A stretch of DNA of 64,000 nt, taken from positions 64,001 to 128,000 of the IMG/VR virus record IMGVR_UViG_3300025131_009739. One strand, given 5' to 3'. Under the pieces are notes generated by a model, which saw only the letters and a program-made list of their open reading frames with translations, was not told the DNA's origin and searched no databases. Origin of the DNA: a virus. This document shows, one piece after another, positions 63,552 through 64,000 of this stretch. The translations under genes and the position numbers were made by a program. How positions within the stretch are numbered: position 1 is the stretch's first letter; every line of letters starts with the position of its first letter.

Positions 63552-64000
63552 TTCTTTCTCCAATAATTTCGTACAATTTCATCATATTTTATTTCATCTT
63601 GATGCACATCCCAAGTACATTGTTCGGAATGCCACCTGTAATAATAACCTAAAAAAACATTAACAGGATATATAAAAACGTTATTTTCGGCAAATCCACA
63701 AAATATGTCATAATCACCTGCTCCTGCTTCTTGTATGCCACTATTTTTATGGGCTTCTCCGCCATATGGAGTCCAATTCATCAAGGGATATAAGCTTTTG
63801 TGATACACTACAGAAGGGGTATTAACTGGACTTCTTATCATACACTGTTTTTTGAAATCTGTTAAACTTTTATAAAAATATGTTTGTTGGTCGGCAGTGT
63901 TTCCATTCCTAACTCCAATTATGGGACTTTGTATACATTTAATTTTTTCTAGATCGTGAGTAAGTATCTTCATACAATTTGATATATAATCGTTTGAGAT
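63539..64000 (-). CDS. GT2-family glycosyltransferase (partial; starts beyond the right edge)
   Basis: The frame is open from 64000 (ISNDYISNCMKIL...). VNTPSVVY...GAGDYDIF...GYYYRWHSEQ.T are GT2 C-terminal motifs. Confidence 0.7.
   Translation of the reverse strand: MSNDYISNCMKILTHDLEKIKCIQSPIIGVRNGNTADQQTYFYKSLTDFKKQCMIRSPVNTPSVVYHKSLYPLMNWTPYGGEAHKNSGIQEAGAGDYDIFCGFAENNVFIYPVNVFLGYYYRWHSEQCTWDVHQDEIKYDEIVRNYWRKKWNM

Noticed and set aside
1-64000. Alternative genetic code (stop-codon reassignment seen in some large phages)
   Set aside because: Standard code 11 gives near-complete coding density. TAA, TGA and TAG all terminate genes at coupled boundaries (e.g. TAG at 36330, 44426, 55851).
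41960-64000. Ordinary bacterial O-antigen/capsule locus joined to phage DNA
   Set aside because: There is no visible compositional break or att/integrase, and genes are coupled across the junction. The same GCCGGC/GGCGCC enrichment and TAnTTAT motif occur on both sides, and no flippase or polymerase is seen.
1-64000. tRNA genes, CRISPR arrays, introns/inteins, IS elements
   Set aside because: Intergenic gaps are all under about 75 nt and AT-rich. No repeat-spacer periodicity, cloverleaf, intein or transposase motifs were recognised by eye.

Overview
This is an AT-rich (roughly one-third GC by eye), densely packed fragment in which essentially all real genes lie on the minus strand. It is best read as part of a large (jumbo-type) contractile-tailed bacteriophage. 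The left ~39 kb is a virion morphogenesis block. It holds a partial RuvC-like resolvase at the edge, several tail/baseplate-associated structural genes (including 3366-aa and 3036-aa giants), T4 gp6-like and gp25-like baseplate wedge genes, and a gp5-like spike. It also holds two tandem paralogues that share a 172-codon N-terminal domain but carry different peptidoglycan hydrolases (M15 peptidase, Amidase_2). The 39-42 kb region encodes a tubulin/FtsZ-superfamily GTPase, a phage sigma factor and small proteins. The right ~22 kb, open at the right edge, is a nucleotide-sugar and nonulosonic-acid biosynthesis cluster: Gmd, Fcl, a Per-like aminotransferase, RmlB, RfbH, a YerE-like TPP enzyme, a C-methyltransferase, two NeuB, NeuA, a Maf-like transferase, GT2s, SDRs, a VOC protein, methyltransferases, a sulfotransferase remnant, a radical SAM protein, IscA and an FKBP. 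The main hypothesis (inference) is a phage-encoded virion O-glycosylation system. In it, a Maf-like nonulosonate transferase pathway modifies structural proteins that are conspicuously rich in a [S/T]-[G/A/S]-S tripeptide. Two other sequence-level signals stand out: a recurring TAnTTAT motif upstream of structural genes (candidate late promoter) and strong over-representation of the palindromes GCCGGC and GGCGCC. No tRNA, rRNA, CRISPR array or transposon was recognised. All calls come from motif recognition by eye, and no database searches were run.
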